From: Camelus dromedarius
Lineage: Eukaryota
Assembly: GCF_036321535.1 (NCBI RefSeq)
Contig: NC_087465.1
Span: 11,222,001 to 11,286,000 of the forward strand
DNA: 64,000 nucleotides
Direction of reading: 5' to 3'
Shown here: piece after piece, positions 1 to 12,930 of the stretch
How the letters are laid out: every line of letters begins with the position of its first letter
Numbering within the stretch: position 1 is the stretch's first letter
Notes under the pieces: model-generated
The model's input: the letters and a program-made list of their open reading frames with translations, nothing else
Told to the model about the DNA's origin: nothing
The model's database searches: none
Translations under genes and position numbers: made by a program

Positions 1-139
1 TCACAATCAGATCTTCTAAAGACAGGCTTTGGGACTTTTCTCAATTTCATTTTTAGAAATGATTTTAAAGAAGAAATGTATAGTAAGACCTGCAAGTTTA
101 GAGAATAACACTGAGATCTTCTAGACCAAAGCTATCTTG

Positions 140-258
140 CTAATATGCAGGTTTGATTCAGTGGGTCTGGGGGGGGGGGGTCTGAGATTCTACATTGCTA
201 ACAAGCTCTTGGGTGACACAAAAGCTGATTATCCTCAGACTCTACAATGAGGAGCAAG
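140..258. mobile_element. MER5A-like hAT-Charlie MITE fragment
   Basis: gattcagtgggtctgggg...tgagattctacattgctaacaagctc...ggtga resembles the MER5A core as recalled. Confidence 0.7.
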
Positions 259-268
259 ACGTCTAGAG

Positions 269-446
269 CAATTGCTCTCAACGCTGGCCGCACAAAAGAA
301 GCACTTAGGGAGGTTTTTTAAATCTCAATGTTCAACCCACACCCCAGAACAATTAAATCAAATTTTCTAAGGATGGGATCCAGGCAGAAGTATTTTAAAA
401 ATCTTTTTAGGTGATTCCAATATACAATCAAGGTTGAGAATCACAG
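269..446. mobile_element. MER5B-like hAT-Charlie MITE
   Basis: ctctcaacgctggccgcaca... start and ggtgattccaat...aaggttgagaatcacag end match MER5B termini. Confidence 0.7.
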
Positions 447-644
447 TTCTAAGTAGTGAAGGAGGAAAGGCAACTCAAAACACCTAGAAAAAGGTAGAAA
501 TAGTCCAAGAAGTTTCAGTGTAGAAAAGTGTAAAGTCATGTGTTTAGAGAAATGTGCTCCCAATCCCACTGACAAGATGACAGACTGTAGACCATCAGTT
601 TTGACTTAGGAAAGGGGCGTGTATGCCCTGCGTGGTGTCTACAA

Positions 645-815
645 TACCACTTACACTATAGCATAATTGCATATTCACTTGTCTCCCCCACCAAGTGCTA
701 GCTCTCTGAGGCAGCAGGAAATAGCTCTTGTTGACCACTGAATCCTAGCTCTCAACAGAGTACCTGGTATGCGGTAGATGCTCACTGAAGAGTTGTTGAG
801 TTCATGGATGGATAG
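645..815 (+). mobile_element. L2 LINE 3' end
   Basis: acagagtacctggtatgcggtagatgctcactgaagagttgttgag...atggatgga tail typical of L2. Confidence 0.65.
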
Positions 816-1850
816 TTACTGAGTGCTTATCTGATGCCAGGCAGTGTGGCAGGTGGTCTGGTTGTAGTAAGAAGTCAGAGACGGGGTCCCATTCTGGCAG
901 GATAAGGGAGAAAGAGGCAATATGCAACTAAGTAAATCAACAATAACTTATCAGATATGGAGAAACGCTGGGTGGAGAATCCAAACCTGGTGATGTGACA
1001 GAGAATAGATATGTGGCTACTCTGAATTGAGTGAGGTTATACTCAAACTGAGAACCAAATGACAAGATAGAGCCACCGATAGAAGATCCAGAGGACCCAG
1101 TATAAATGCTCACAGGTAGGAAGAACTTAGAGTTCAATGAATAAAAACAGATGACTTTGAAAGTAACAGCAAGAGAAATATGGTAGGAAATGAGGTCAAA
1201 GATGCATGTAGAGAGAGGTCAGATTCTGCAGGACTTTAAAGGCAAAGATAAGAAGTCTGAATTTTATTATAAACACAATACAGAACCATTCAATGGAGGA
1301 CTTTAATCCAGGAAGAACATCTATTGATTTATATTTTTGAGAGATCCCATTAGCAGTTGAGGGAGAAATGGATTAAAGAGGAATCATTACTGGAAGCTGG
1401 AGACCAGTTAGGAGGCTGCTACTGCCGTCCACGTGAGAACAGCTGTGCCATTTTCTGAGGTGGGAAAACTGAAAGAATAAACCATGGGGGAAAAGGTGAA
1501 AATCAAGAATCCTGCTTTGATTATGAAACGTCTGTTAGACAGGCAAGCAGAAATACCAAGAAGGGAGTGTCATATACCTTTCTGGTGACCAGGAGAGGGC
1601 TCAAGGATGAAGAAAAATATTGGGGGGGTTGGCAAACATAAGCATTTTATACCAAGGGGCTGGGTGACAACACATAGAGGAACTATACAAATCTAGAAGA
1701 GAAGGAACCCTAGTATGACCCTGCTATGAGAATCTGTTGGGCAGAAACAAGACAGCCATCAAAAGGTTTAGGATACCAGGAGAGGGGGCGGGTTCATTAA
1801 AAGCAAAAATCAGCTAAATACTGCAGAAGGAGTATAGAATACTAGACAAC
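816..1850 (-). mobile_element. L2 LINE fragments (antisense)
   Basis: ttactgagtgcttatctgatgccaggcagtgtg and ggagaccagttaggaggctgctactgccgtcc are purine-rich antisense L2 signatures. Confidence 0.7.
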
Positions 1851-1886
1851 TCAGAGCACGTTGCTAAATTAAAGGTACTTCTTATG

Positions 1887-1931
1887 TTTTATGTAATATG
1901 ATTTTATGTAATATGATTTTATGTAATATGA
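1887..1931. repeat. 3 x 15-bp perfect tandem repeat (ttttatgtaatatga)
   Basis: Directly visible: copies at 1887, 1902 and 1917. Confidence 0.95.
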
Positions 1932-2681
1932 TTATTTCAAGTTGCCTCTTCATTTATATATAGTTGATACTTTAAATTTTGTGAAAGAGAATAAATTCCT
2001 TTTGAAACTCATTCCATAAAAAATTTGAGGTTTAAAAATAATTCATGGAGTTAAATATAAGAAAAAAGGAAGCAGTTCTAAGAAGAAAGATGGATTTGGG
2101 GGCCATTTTTTTCATATAAATGAGAACTGAATTGTTTGCTACCACAGCAAGCTTAAGGCAGGAGTTCTCCCCGGGGTTAGGGGACAGATGGGGCAGGCAG
2201 GCTCTCCCCTTTGGAAGCATCTCAAGATCCCTCCTCGATGTGTTGCACCTACAGGAGACGCAGATGCTTCGCATCTCCCTGGTCCACCTGTGCATCGCTG
2301 TTGTGGTGAGCAACTAGCACTTCTTGGAGGATGCTGTATTCGTCAAGTGGGTTACAGTGGAAAATCATTGATAACCACCCCCTTGAGGCATTAAAAGATA
2401 ATGAAGCCTTCTCTGGTACCTACTTTTAAATGTACAGTGAAGCACTAGGAAGAATGGGTTTAAATTTTTTCTAAGAATAACAAAGTCATAATAGAGTCAC
2501 TATGTTCTTAATTTGTATTTCATTTAAGGATAAAATATGTTTTTAAAACTCTTACCCGCCTGAACTGTTCTCATAGTGCACCGTCTACAACCTTTAATAG
2601 AGAATCACTGAAATGGAAAACTTTACCTCAAGGAAAAAGACATAGCACAGTGCCACGTTTAAAATAAACAAACATGGGGAA

Positions 2682-3121
2682 GTTATGGGTCAAACTGTGT
2701 CCCCAGAAGACGTACTGAAGTCCTAACTCCCAGCACCTCAGAGTGTGACTTTATTTGGAAATGGGGTCTTCGTGGGTGTAACTCATTAAGATGAGGTCAC
2801 GCAGGGGCTGGGTGAGCCCTTCATCCGATAACTGATGTCGTTAATGGAAAAGGAGAGAGGTGCACAAGAAGACGGGCGGGTGACGGTGGAGGCAGAGATT
2901 GTAGTATTGCATCTACAAGCCGAGGAACAACAAGGATTATAGACGAATGTCAGAAGCTTCCAGAAGGAACCAGGAAGGAGTCTCCCCTGCAGGTTTCACG
3001 GGGAGCTTGGGCACCTCGATGTGGGACATCTAGCCTTCAGAACTGGAAGCAAAAAGTTTCTGCTGTTTTAAGCCACCCGCTTCCTGTTACTTTGTGACAG
3101 CAGCCCTGGGCAACTAATACA
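2682..3121 (+). mobile_element. MaLR solo LTR, MLT1B/MLT1C-like
   Basis: gttatgggtcaaactgtgtcccc...ttatttggaaatggggtc...ttttaagccacc...gcagccctgggcaactaataca, full-length MLT1 architecture. Confidence 0.85.
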
Positions 3122-3127
3122 ACCACA

Positions 3128-3300
3128 GCTCTGTCCCTTCCTAGCACTGTGACCCTGGGAAGTCCTTTACTTCTCTGGGCCTCCATCTCTTGTAATGTGA
3201 AACGGGGAAGATAGTAATAGAATTGTGGTAAAGCTTAAAGGAGTGAATGTATGTGCAGCAGTTAGAAGAATGTTAGGTTCTTAGTTAAGTTTATATAAAC
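3128..3300 (+). mobile_element. MIR SINE
   Basis: ctgtgaccctgggaagtcctttacttctctgggcctc...tgtgaaacggggaagatagtaata MIR core. Confidence 0.75.
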
Positions 3301-5271
3301 CTTTATTACACTCATAGGAATATGTAAAAGACCTACCACGGTACTTGATCCACAGATGGCATTCAATGAACAGGTTGTTTCTTTTCTACAGTTGTAAGTT
3401 ACTAACCATTACTAATTTTAAAGCATGGTAGCCTTTATAAAATAATAGGCAGCTTTTTACTATATCAGATAAATCTGGTAAAAGAAAAAAGACTTTTGTT
3501 TCAGAAAAGTCTTTTGCAAATTAAAAAAAAAAAAAACTAGGGGGGAAATTTTGAATCCTGAGTTTATCTTTGAAGACCGCCTTCATCCCCACACTTTACT
3601 ACCCAGTTCTTCAGTACAGGGGCATGGAATTGACTCGGCTACTAAACAAAGAAAGTTTTGATTACATAGATTACTTTTCAGCCCCATAACCACCCCCAAA
3701 TAATATTCACTTAATTTAAATCTGTGGAAGCCTGGGAATTTGTGCTTTGAATTTTGAGTTCCTGATCCTTCCATGCAGACATTTGAAAGCTGACAGAATT
3801 CTTAATTTGTATGAATACTGACTTGTTTTTCACCACATATTAAGAGCTCTATGATTTCTTTAAACATTAAGTATGTTTTGATAAATTTCAGAAAGTAATT
3901 TCATGTTACACATAATATCAGCCACTAGGACATTAACTTTATATGCACTATTTCACACCCCTAAAATTCATTTGACACACATTCATTCAGAAAGCATTTA
4001 TTGAATTATTTTGTACAGATCATTGTAGAGGAAAAAGGAAATAGAGAGATGTAAGAAACTAATACACAATACAAGGAAAAATAAAACGCATCCTATAGGA
4101 GCATATACATGAGCCACCAATTCTTCCCAGGCGTTCAGTGAAGGATTCATCGTAGATGTAGCATTTGATGGAACTCTTGAAGGATACTGATTTTTAAAAC
4201 TTAAATTTTTCCTTTTAACTTTCATGTTTTCATAATAATTCCACTGGCTGCCAAGAACTCCAATAAAAAAATTAAAACATCAATAATCCAAAATGGATGA
4301 ACATTTATCAGTGGTAAATCTAAAACATTTGTTAGAATCCTACTGAGAGCCTTTGACCTCAGAGCACAAAAGCAAAATCCGTTCCTTAAAAGATCAAGTA
4401 AAGGACGGTGAAAGAGAGAAAGATGTGCCTGCATGTGCCCATGAGACCACGGTGGCCACAGGAGTCTTCTGACATGTCTTCACGTATCACCTGGCTGAGC
4501 TAGTGATCCAAAGAAAAGGGAACGTTTATCATTCCTTTAATTCTAGCAGTGTTTGAAAACTTGAGGTGAAAGACACCATTTTATATAGTCTTCCTTTTGG
4601 AGTTTGGCAAAACAAACCCATAAGAGAGATATTGGATTTGTTTTCTTTGGCAGAGAGGCGCGGTCTAAACTTCTTTCAACTGAAGCTCATTACCATCTTT
4701 GGCGGGAGAGCAGCTGAGATCATGGCCAACTTGTGCATCCTCTAAGGGACCCAAAAGGAAGCTGGAATCATCTCTGAAAATACCGATATCCACCAGGAAG
4801 CTCCAAGAGCCACTACCAAAAAAAAAGAGAGAGAAAGGAAAAAGTATACAAATATATACATTCAGATACATTGGTTTATTGACAAAAAGCCTTTAGCTTG
4901 CAGCATTAGTCATCTAAAAATACCAGAGTATAATTGGAGCCACAGAGAGCCACTAACCAACACCAGTTAGGTGCTTAAATTATGAGCTCACAGCCAACCG
5001 CAATCCCCTCAAGGGAAGCAGACAATGCTTTCACAGGACCTGAATTTCACACAGGCAGGATTGAGTAATGAATTAAGACCCTCGTATACATAATTCAACA
5101 CACAAACACCTAGCTAAAGGGTCTCGTAATCTGAAAATCCCATTTTGTCTACCTGTATTTACCTAGAGATACTGACTTTCGGGTTCCATTTTCTATGTTA
5201 TTTTGAGTTTGGATCTGATAGGAGGCCTTCAAGAAACAAGGTCCTGGGAGCACCCAGGCTCTTGTATCAAA

Positions 5272-5365
5272 CGCCGACTCCACTACATGCTGACCATGGA
5301 ACCTTGGTTGAGGCCCTCTGAGCCTCGATTTTCTTGTCTATAAAATGGAGTAAAACAACACTTAA
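5272..5365 (+). mobile_element. MIR SINE fragment
   Basis: ctctgagcctcgattttcttgtctataaaatggag MIR core. Confidence 0.65.
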
Positions 5366-8033
5366 TTCCGAGAAAGCTGGTGGGGCAGAGCACATCGCAG
5401 TACTGAACGTACACGAGAGAGCTTCGTCCTTCCCACGGCCACTGGAGCAGTTTTCAACTTCTCAATTCAAGTACCGCTCAATTCAAGTTGAAAGTAATGT
5501 CGTTTGCTGTATGTCTGGACTGGTTTAAGTGGGCAACAGAAGAACGTGTTTCAGTTACTTGTCTAACGACCCCCTAAAGCCCTTGGAAAGGCCTCTCAAT
5601 GCTAAGCTTGAAAAAAGACTTTCTTTAATAACAGAAAGTACATGAAAATGTCTCCCCGTCATGCGATCTCACAGGCTTCTGCAGGCACCGATGACCCTGG
5701 GAAGGTGCACAGGCTGACACCTGGACTTTCTGCACTTTGATCCGACCACCCTCCACCACGAGCTGCAAAGACTGGGAAGAGAAGTGTCAGGTCACAGTGA
5801 GACAGACCTGAGAGCCTCTCAGACATGGCATTGCCCCTCAGTGGGACATGGGAAGTCGGAGTTGAGCATTCTACTCCTTGGAGATGTTGGAATGCTCCCA
5901 CAGGTGAAGGTTTTAAATTAACTTCTACGTAGGTTTTTGACAAGAAAGCTAGGCACAGCTCTTTTTGAATCGGTTTGAATAAAGTTCCCTGAAAAGATAC
6001 AGGAAGGACGGGGTTACTACTTGTCCCTTCTGATACAACACCCCATAAAGGTCATTCGTCATAGCTTCCTTGGGCTGATGGTGTTGCCTTGGATCTCATC
6101 CAAAAATGTCCTTTTCCCAGGCCTTTCCTGTGGATGGCTAGGGTGTACATGACTGTCCACTCTCCCATGGTGTCTTTTGACTTAAAAGGACAGTGAGACA
6201 GAGACCAACAGAGTGGGATAGAGTGATGCCACTCACTTTGGAGACCATTGCAAATACTGAATTATTACATGTTTGTACCAATCTTGCAGAAAGTTACCAG
6301 TTGCATTTAAAATTCCATATAACCAAGGCGTTGGAGGAAGTTATAGAGTTAAAATGGTGAGCAAAAACCTGACCAGCATATGCAGCTTGTGCACCCAAAG
6401 AGCAGTGACCCATCCCTATCTCCAAAAGACTGGAGCACGCTCCTTGGTGTCAGTGGTACAAGGCTTGCCTTTAATGATGCAACTCTTCATGGTTGTGATG
6501 AATCGGGGAAAATGTGAAGACGACAATCCTAGCTTCCTCACCATCATGAACGTCAGACCAAATGTTTCCAAATATTCAGATGTCCATGGAAAGACATTTT
6601 TAAAGTAAGACAATTTCTAATCAGTACGGATTCTGATCCCCATAGTTAGACAACTTGAGATTTGGGAAAGGATAGTACCATTTTCCATTGTACTCTGAAA
6701 CAAAAGGAACTTTTGCTCAAAAAATTAACATTTATTGAGTCTTCTTTAATAATGCTCTATATTCTTACCTCTAAAACGTCTCAGTAAACAAAACAAATAG
6801 AAAACAGAATTAGTGATTCCACTGGCTCTCTTCCCAGGCTAAGTACTCACAGCAAATGAGATTTTTATATTTCTAAACATCTGCATTTCATTCACATCTT
6901 CTCCCAAGTAGAGAACTTGAGACGGGATAAAGGAGCCACTCTGCCTCCACGGAACGAGGGTACCCTGGCTGAAATGGGCCAAATGTCTTTGAAAGTCCAT
7001 CCACTGAGGGGAAAAACTGTTAACCACACCTCGCGTTTGTGTATAGTCCTGTGTTTCTTCCTACTCAGCAGATTGTCCCAGGGAACTGCTTAAATTCTTT
7101 CGATTTGGTAATAAACAGTTGCCATTTTGACCATTTCCTTTTGTAGACCCACAAACTACAGAATAAATGAATAGCTCCTTTCCTTTGATGGCCTTGCCCA
7201 AGGGCCGTTTTAGCACCCCATAAATCCTGTAATTGTATAGGGTCATTTGGCAGTGTGCAGATTTCTCTGCTGAGTCACAGTGAGAAGAAGATCAGGAGAA
7301 AACCTTAAAAAATAAAACATCACTGTGGCATTAGAAGATTTACAGTGGGAGCGGACAGCACTGGCAAAACCCCAGCAAGGTCTTCACAACTGGTAAGGAG
7401 AAGGCATTGTTGGCAAGGCTGAGCATTAAGCATCCATCTTCTGTATTAGCTGGGAATAAACCTTAGAGCTCCATCCAGTTCTCTTGTTTTTCTCCTGCAC
7501 ATGGCTGATGTCAGGGAGGGTGTGATGAAATTCCAAAGTAGGCTTAGCTGTCAAGGATGTGGACTGAGTAATTTTATGTTCTTTTATGTAGATGGCCGGT
7601 AAATGGACTTATTACATGGTAGTGGGAAGAAACAGGCATGGGAAACAGAAAGCACTTAACCACTAGTGCATATGTTGTTTTTTGTTTTGTGTATGTGTGT
7701 GTTTTCCCCGGAGGGTCTCTGTCAAATGAATGTGTGTAAAAGCGTTGTAGTACTCTGCCAATTTTTTTATAAACTGCATTTTCGTGTCTCAACAAGAAAT
7801 CAACATGGGGTTGAAATGCTTGGGGTTTACTAAGCTGTACCATGCTGGTTCTTGAGGGGCTGCTGATAATGGTTTGGAAATCCAAATTATACCTTATTTA
7901 ATAAAATCTGTGCTAGTCCCTGGCTAAGAAACTCCAGTTGCTGTGTTTATAAATGCTTCGAGAACAGGGAAGTGTAAAAACACATATAAAGCATTTCCTG
8001 TAATGGTATCAAATTTAAAATGTTGTCTAGCAA

Positions 8034-8189
8034 NNNNNNNNNNNNNNNNNNNNNNNNNNNNNNNNNNNNNNNNNNNNNNNNNNNNNNNNNNNNNNNNNNN
8101 NNNNNNNNNNNNNNNNNNNNNNNNNNNNNNNNNNNNNNNNNNNNNNNNNNNNNNNNNNNNNNNNNNNNNNNNNNNNNNNNNNNNNNNNN
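8034..8189. other. Assembly gap (156 N)
   Basis: Run of N, right flank starts with a T homopolymer. Confidence 1.
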
Positions 8190-8379
8190 TTTTTTTTTGG
8201 CAAAATAAGCAATGCTAAATTATATGGAACGTGTAATTCTTTTGAACTCTCTGAGGCTGGGAATCCTATAAAATAGAAGCTCCAAGTTTTTGAATGTGAT
8301 TGCTAATACAAAAAGAAACGTATTAGAAATAACCGATAATAAACGTTGCCTGTGTTGGAACTTCCCGAGGGTTTAAACC

Positions 8380-8644
8380 AGGGACTTCTTCCTCTCCGTC
8401 TCTACTCCTTCCCCTAGGGGATCTCAGACCTTCCCAGTCCTCAACGATCACGTGTGTGCTGGCGAATCCCAGACGCAATGTCCCACTTCTGAGCTTCTAC
8501 CTGAGATCCAAACTGGCGTGTCCAGTTTTATCGTGGACTAATGCCTAATTTATCATGCAGCTCAAGGTAAACTTGTCCAGAACAGAACTTTTGATTTTTC
8601 AACTTCACTATACACATGTTCACACCACCCCCTACCACCCCCGA

Positions 8645-8686
<42 letters not shown>

Positions 8687-8945
8687 TTAAAATAAAAACA
8701 GAGCTGTTTCTGTCTTGGTCTTCCCCATCTCACCTTCCTCCCTGTCGCCCAAACCGAAACCTAGGAACTACCCGTAATTATTCTCCTTCTATCACCTTGC
8801 GCATATAATCCTTTCAGCAGGACCTGCTGGCCCTCCTTCCGCAACATATACCAAATGGTCCCCCTCCTCTTCCTTCCCACTGCTACGACCCTATTCCAAA
8901 CCACCATCTTCTCTCTTTGGCACCTTAGAGAGTCTCCTGTTTCTA
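8380..8945 (+). mobile_element. L2 LINE fragment, interrupted by a (CA)n
   Basis: Pyrimidine-rich L2 sense signatures: aaggtaaacttgtccagaacagaactt, cccaaaccgaaacctagga, ccactgctacgaccct...accaccatcttctc. Confidence 0.7.
8646..8684. repeat. (CA)19 microsatellite
   Basis: Directly visible perfect dinucleotide run. Confidence 0.95.
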
Positions 8946-9669
8946 TTCTTGTACTCAGTGCAAGAGAAAGGACTTGGACAGTATTCTGTAAGACTAAGGA
9001 ACCGACGAAAGGTTCTTGAACAGCAGTATAAAAATTGACCAGCTGGTAAAGTGAATTAGCCGATGAGAGGAACCCAATGTGATACAGGACCATTAGGAAG
9101 ATGGGTGATTGGTAATTAAATCATTGCTAACAAAGAAGAACAATTTCACTGAAACAAGAGGAGATGATCAAGCGAAGACAGTCACAGACATTAAGGCATC
9201 TCCCTAATTCTGAGCCAGTCTGTCTTGTGTCTACAATCAATGGGCATGCATTGCAAATCCCAATGGAACACTGTGCATCAATGCATTCACTGATGTAGAC
9301 AGTTAAGTTGTCAGTCAGCCAACACTCATTGGCCAAGTCTACACCCTGAGACTTCATGTCCAGGATTTTTTCTGGACGGTTGGTCCCATAGGCATGGCTG
9401 AGTGCCCACAGGGCTGACGACAGTTACTCGGTGTCCATTTTCTCCAGAGCTCAAGCTCATATTGCATGTCCCTGCCACAAATTAAGTTGTTACTGCAAAC
9501 TCTCTAGCACAGCCCAACGCCTCAGGTAAACAAGGACACTCTTAATAGACAAGATATTCCAAGGTCTTAGAAGTTACCTCCTGGGAGATGGGCAAGGACC
9601 AAACTTTTCTTTGGAATATGGAGAGTTGAACAATTCAGATCTTCTGCGTTCATTCTTCACTCCAGCCCC

Positions 9670-10290
9670 AAACTCACTGGGTGTAAGAAAGTCCTCCCTG
9701 CCCCTCAGCACCCATATCCAACTGGTCTCTAAGCTCTGTTTATTCCACCCCTATAGAGCCGTATATCCATACGCTTATCCTCGTCCCCAGCACTTCCTTC
9801 CCCAACCCCAAACTAATCAGTTGCAAAACTTATTCATTTTTTCCATAAAGGTTACCCAATTTAATCACTTTTTTTCTTTCTTACTCCTACTGTCTTAGTT
9901 TTGAGCTCCGCCAGGTCTTACATTGTCCCTGCTCCGCATCCTGACAATCATCTTCCATAGTGCTTTCAGAATGATTCCTATAAAATAGGGACTTGGCTGT
10001 ACCATTCTGCTACCTAAAGTCTACTAATAAGCAACAGTAACATCTCCATTTTGTCCACATTCCTTAGCAGAGCCCTGAATAAACGACTACACATTACCTG
10101 TCCAGACTCACTGTTTATTGTGTTCCAAACTAACCAAACTGCTTCTTGGTCTGCATACCTGTACATGTTCTGTTCTCTCCATCTGAATTGGTTTTCCCTC
10201 CTACAATCCACCCAACATCCAGTCAGCTATTTCCCAGGAGAAGTTCTACTTTTCTACACGAATCAACTCAGGTCATAGTTGCTTTAGAAA
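9670..10290 (+). mobile_element. Degraded L2 LINE fragments
   Basis: cacccatatccaactggtctctaagctctg, catgttctgttctctccatctgaa, actcaggtcatagttgctttagaaagtc resemble the L2 3' region. Confidence 0.55.
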
Positions 10291-12564
10291 GTCTTACCTC
10301 CCTTTAAAGTTTGTGGTCAAGTATCTCTTCTCTGATTTTGGAAACATTCTGTGCCTCCATCAGTTCATATCTCAGCTGACTTCATTCATTTATATCCTTC
10401 TGTCTCACTCCCTGGATGGGGAGACCCTCAGTGGCATCACTGATAATGTGTTTCAAGTTGGCATCTCCCAAACCCAGTGGCTGGACCTCAAAAGACATGA
10501 AAGAGATGGATTTCTGAAGAGCTGGCATAACTCAAAATTGCTGCAATAATCAAAATAATCTTAACAAAGGATAACAGATATTTTTGTTTCCACGCAATGT
10601 ATCAATAGCATAAATTCATTTTATCCACCCCTTAACTTTTGTAAATATACAATATTTTAAAGAGTTTGGGAGGATTCACATAGTTTCAGTTTTGCATAAA
10701 GTGGAAATTTCATATGCATATCATATCATTTCAAATTCACATAATTTAAATTCACAGTAAATGTAATGCCCACATCCCAACACCTTATTTATAGTCTGTT
10801 CTTAAAGCTTATTTCCTTCCCAACCAGTCCGCCTCCTGGTTGTCATTATATTTTATTTACTTTCTTAATCATTTTTTTACTCATCACCATATTATTTCCT
10901 GAGATCAAATAAAACTGAAAGATATAGCCTTTCTCTCCTCTTTTCCAAGTTATTACAGTTTTTCCCAAAAATATGATGGCAGGAACGCAGGCAAAAACAC
11001 TTTATATCTCACGTTTTTAAGAAACAGGCTACTTGTCACTCATTTATTCTGTATGGAATATTAGTCGTTTGGAATAACAATCAGAGAGCATACTTTCAAG
11101 TTCTATAACTAGCATGATACCAGATTGAATATAAAATATAATCTTACTTAGTGAGATCACACAATTAAGTAATCTAAATTCAGATAAAGCCATCTCTAAA
11201 AAGTGGGTTTAAAGACCTTTGGAATTCCTGCTACTGTTTGCATTATTTTTACTGGTTGTGGAGTCCAGAGTTGTTGGAATGTATCGTAGCAATGTTAGTA
11301 ATTTAAAAAATAATAATAAACTTTTATCATCAAGAGCCTAGAAGTGTATAGGCCTCTTCAGCTGAAGCCTGAAATTTTTCATTTGCATTATAGCCTCTTA
11401 AAAGAAAATGCAGGATTCTGTTTTAGCTTTATTGGCTGTCTGGTAGAGCAGCAGTATAAAAATTGGAACAAAGAAACAAGGGTGTTTTTTAACTTTTTTA
11501 GCATATAGATTAGTATTAATTACCATGTAATGAGCTGAAAATTCCTGCCAAGAAGCTGAGGTTTGTGGCTCCTTTAATGAGTATTTTCTTCCCACTCGGT
11601 GAAGTAAAATTTTTTAAGTGTTAGGGATTTGCACTTGGAAAACATCTCTAAGCTATTTATATAAGCAAGTCAATAGGAAAAGCACATTTTCCATTTACAG
11701 CCTTTGTAATGCATTCAGGGGTCTGCATGGCCGTGCGTTGCTTTAAGCGGTGGCACTGGGCAGTGGCACCGGGCAGACTTCAGCACAGCAGCAGTGAGAC
11801 CAGCGTTCTCCACCACCCAGAATCAAGCCTCCCCGGTCAGCATGGGGGCGGTGGTGGTTTCATCTGTGTTGAGAGTCCTCAGATTCCATTTATTTTCCAA
11901 ACTGGGAGAAACCACAAAACTGTGCTTTGTTACTGTCACCTCCAAAACGGATTCAGCCTCTAACAGGTCCCCCAACCATTGAGGGACACTAGAAACAAGA
12001 TGCCACCAATGACATCGTTTTTGATTTTGCCCCAATTAAAATGTTTTTTGGACAGTTTGCCACCACGGCCACCTCTGAGAATATCTTTTGAGGGAGGAGG
12101 CGTCTACATAGAAGCAAACATGAACAAAATTTGGTTTGGGGCCCCTGGAGGCCACGAAGATGAACCTCAACCCGCTTCTGCTTAGAAAATACAGCCGACA
12201 AATGCCCAGTTTCTGTGCTCTGAACCCACGCTGCACACACTGCTCCAAACCAAGGACGGAGCACACTGCAGATCCCAGCCTGAGAGACGCAGGGCACCTC
12301 AGCTTTGGCCTGGCCGAAACCTGCCCTGCACACTGAGACTGCCTGCAACCCACTCCCCACCTGCTTTCCTCCCTCGCTTTCCAGGGCTGTCCTCACCACC
12401 TCTGACTTTGTCCCCTTTTTTTTCTTCACAGACCTTGATCTTCCCCCCGGTAAATCTCTTACATGCCCAGTCTTGTCTTGATGTCTGCTTCTGTGAGGCC
12501 TCACATCCACGCAGCCATTGTTACCAGCTGTGATGATGGCACCTTGAGTAAACTAGAAACCCAA

Positions 12565-12930
12565 AATAGCCCTGTCTCAGCAATCATCAAATTTTAATTC
12601 TCTCAAGTCTTGTGGTAGAAAGTCCGTTACTGGTGTACCCAAGGAGTCGTCTACCTTTTCGCTCCACCATCCTAAGGCAGGCTTTCCTCCTAAAGGTCAC
12701 CAACAGGTACAAAACAGTAGTGAGAGCTCCAATCATCCCATCTGCTCCAGGCAGCAGGCAAAAGTAATGGCAGAAGGACCGAAATGGTAATGATCCAGCT
12801 CCCTTTAAGAGCCTTCCTAGAAGTTAGTTCCACACAACTTCCCCTTTTGTTTCACTGGCTAGAAAATAATCACATAATCATGTGGCCATGCCTAGCGGCA
12901 AGGAGGGCTACAAATACTGACACATTTTAC
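12565..12930 (-). mobile_element. Old MaLR LTR (MLT1I/J/K-like)
   Basis: cactggctagaa...catgtggccatgcctagcggcaaggagggctacaaatactg is the reverse complement of the conserved MLT1J-type block. Confidence 0.55.

Noticed and set aside
6273-6608. 111-aa plus-strand ORF ending at an AA/gtaag donor-like site
   Set aside because: No convincing acceptor and no recognisable protein.
6890-7003. Alternative frame DGLSKTFGPFQPGYPRSVEAEWLLYP resembling a hemopexin-like GYP motif
   Set aside because: Only a 3-4 residue resemblance. The frame closes before the strong donor and no neighbouring repeats of the domain are present.
7943-8218. ORFs containing X runs
   Set aside because: They are artefacts of translating through the N gap.
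11989-12510. 173-aa minus-strand ORF and overlapping ORFs
   Set aside because: No recognisable homology. Open frames on both strands reflect the locally higher GC content, and the KKKK run comes from a T tract.
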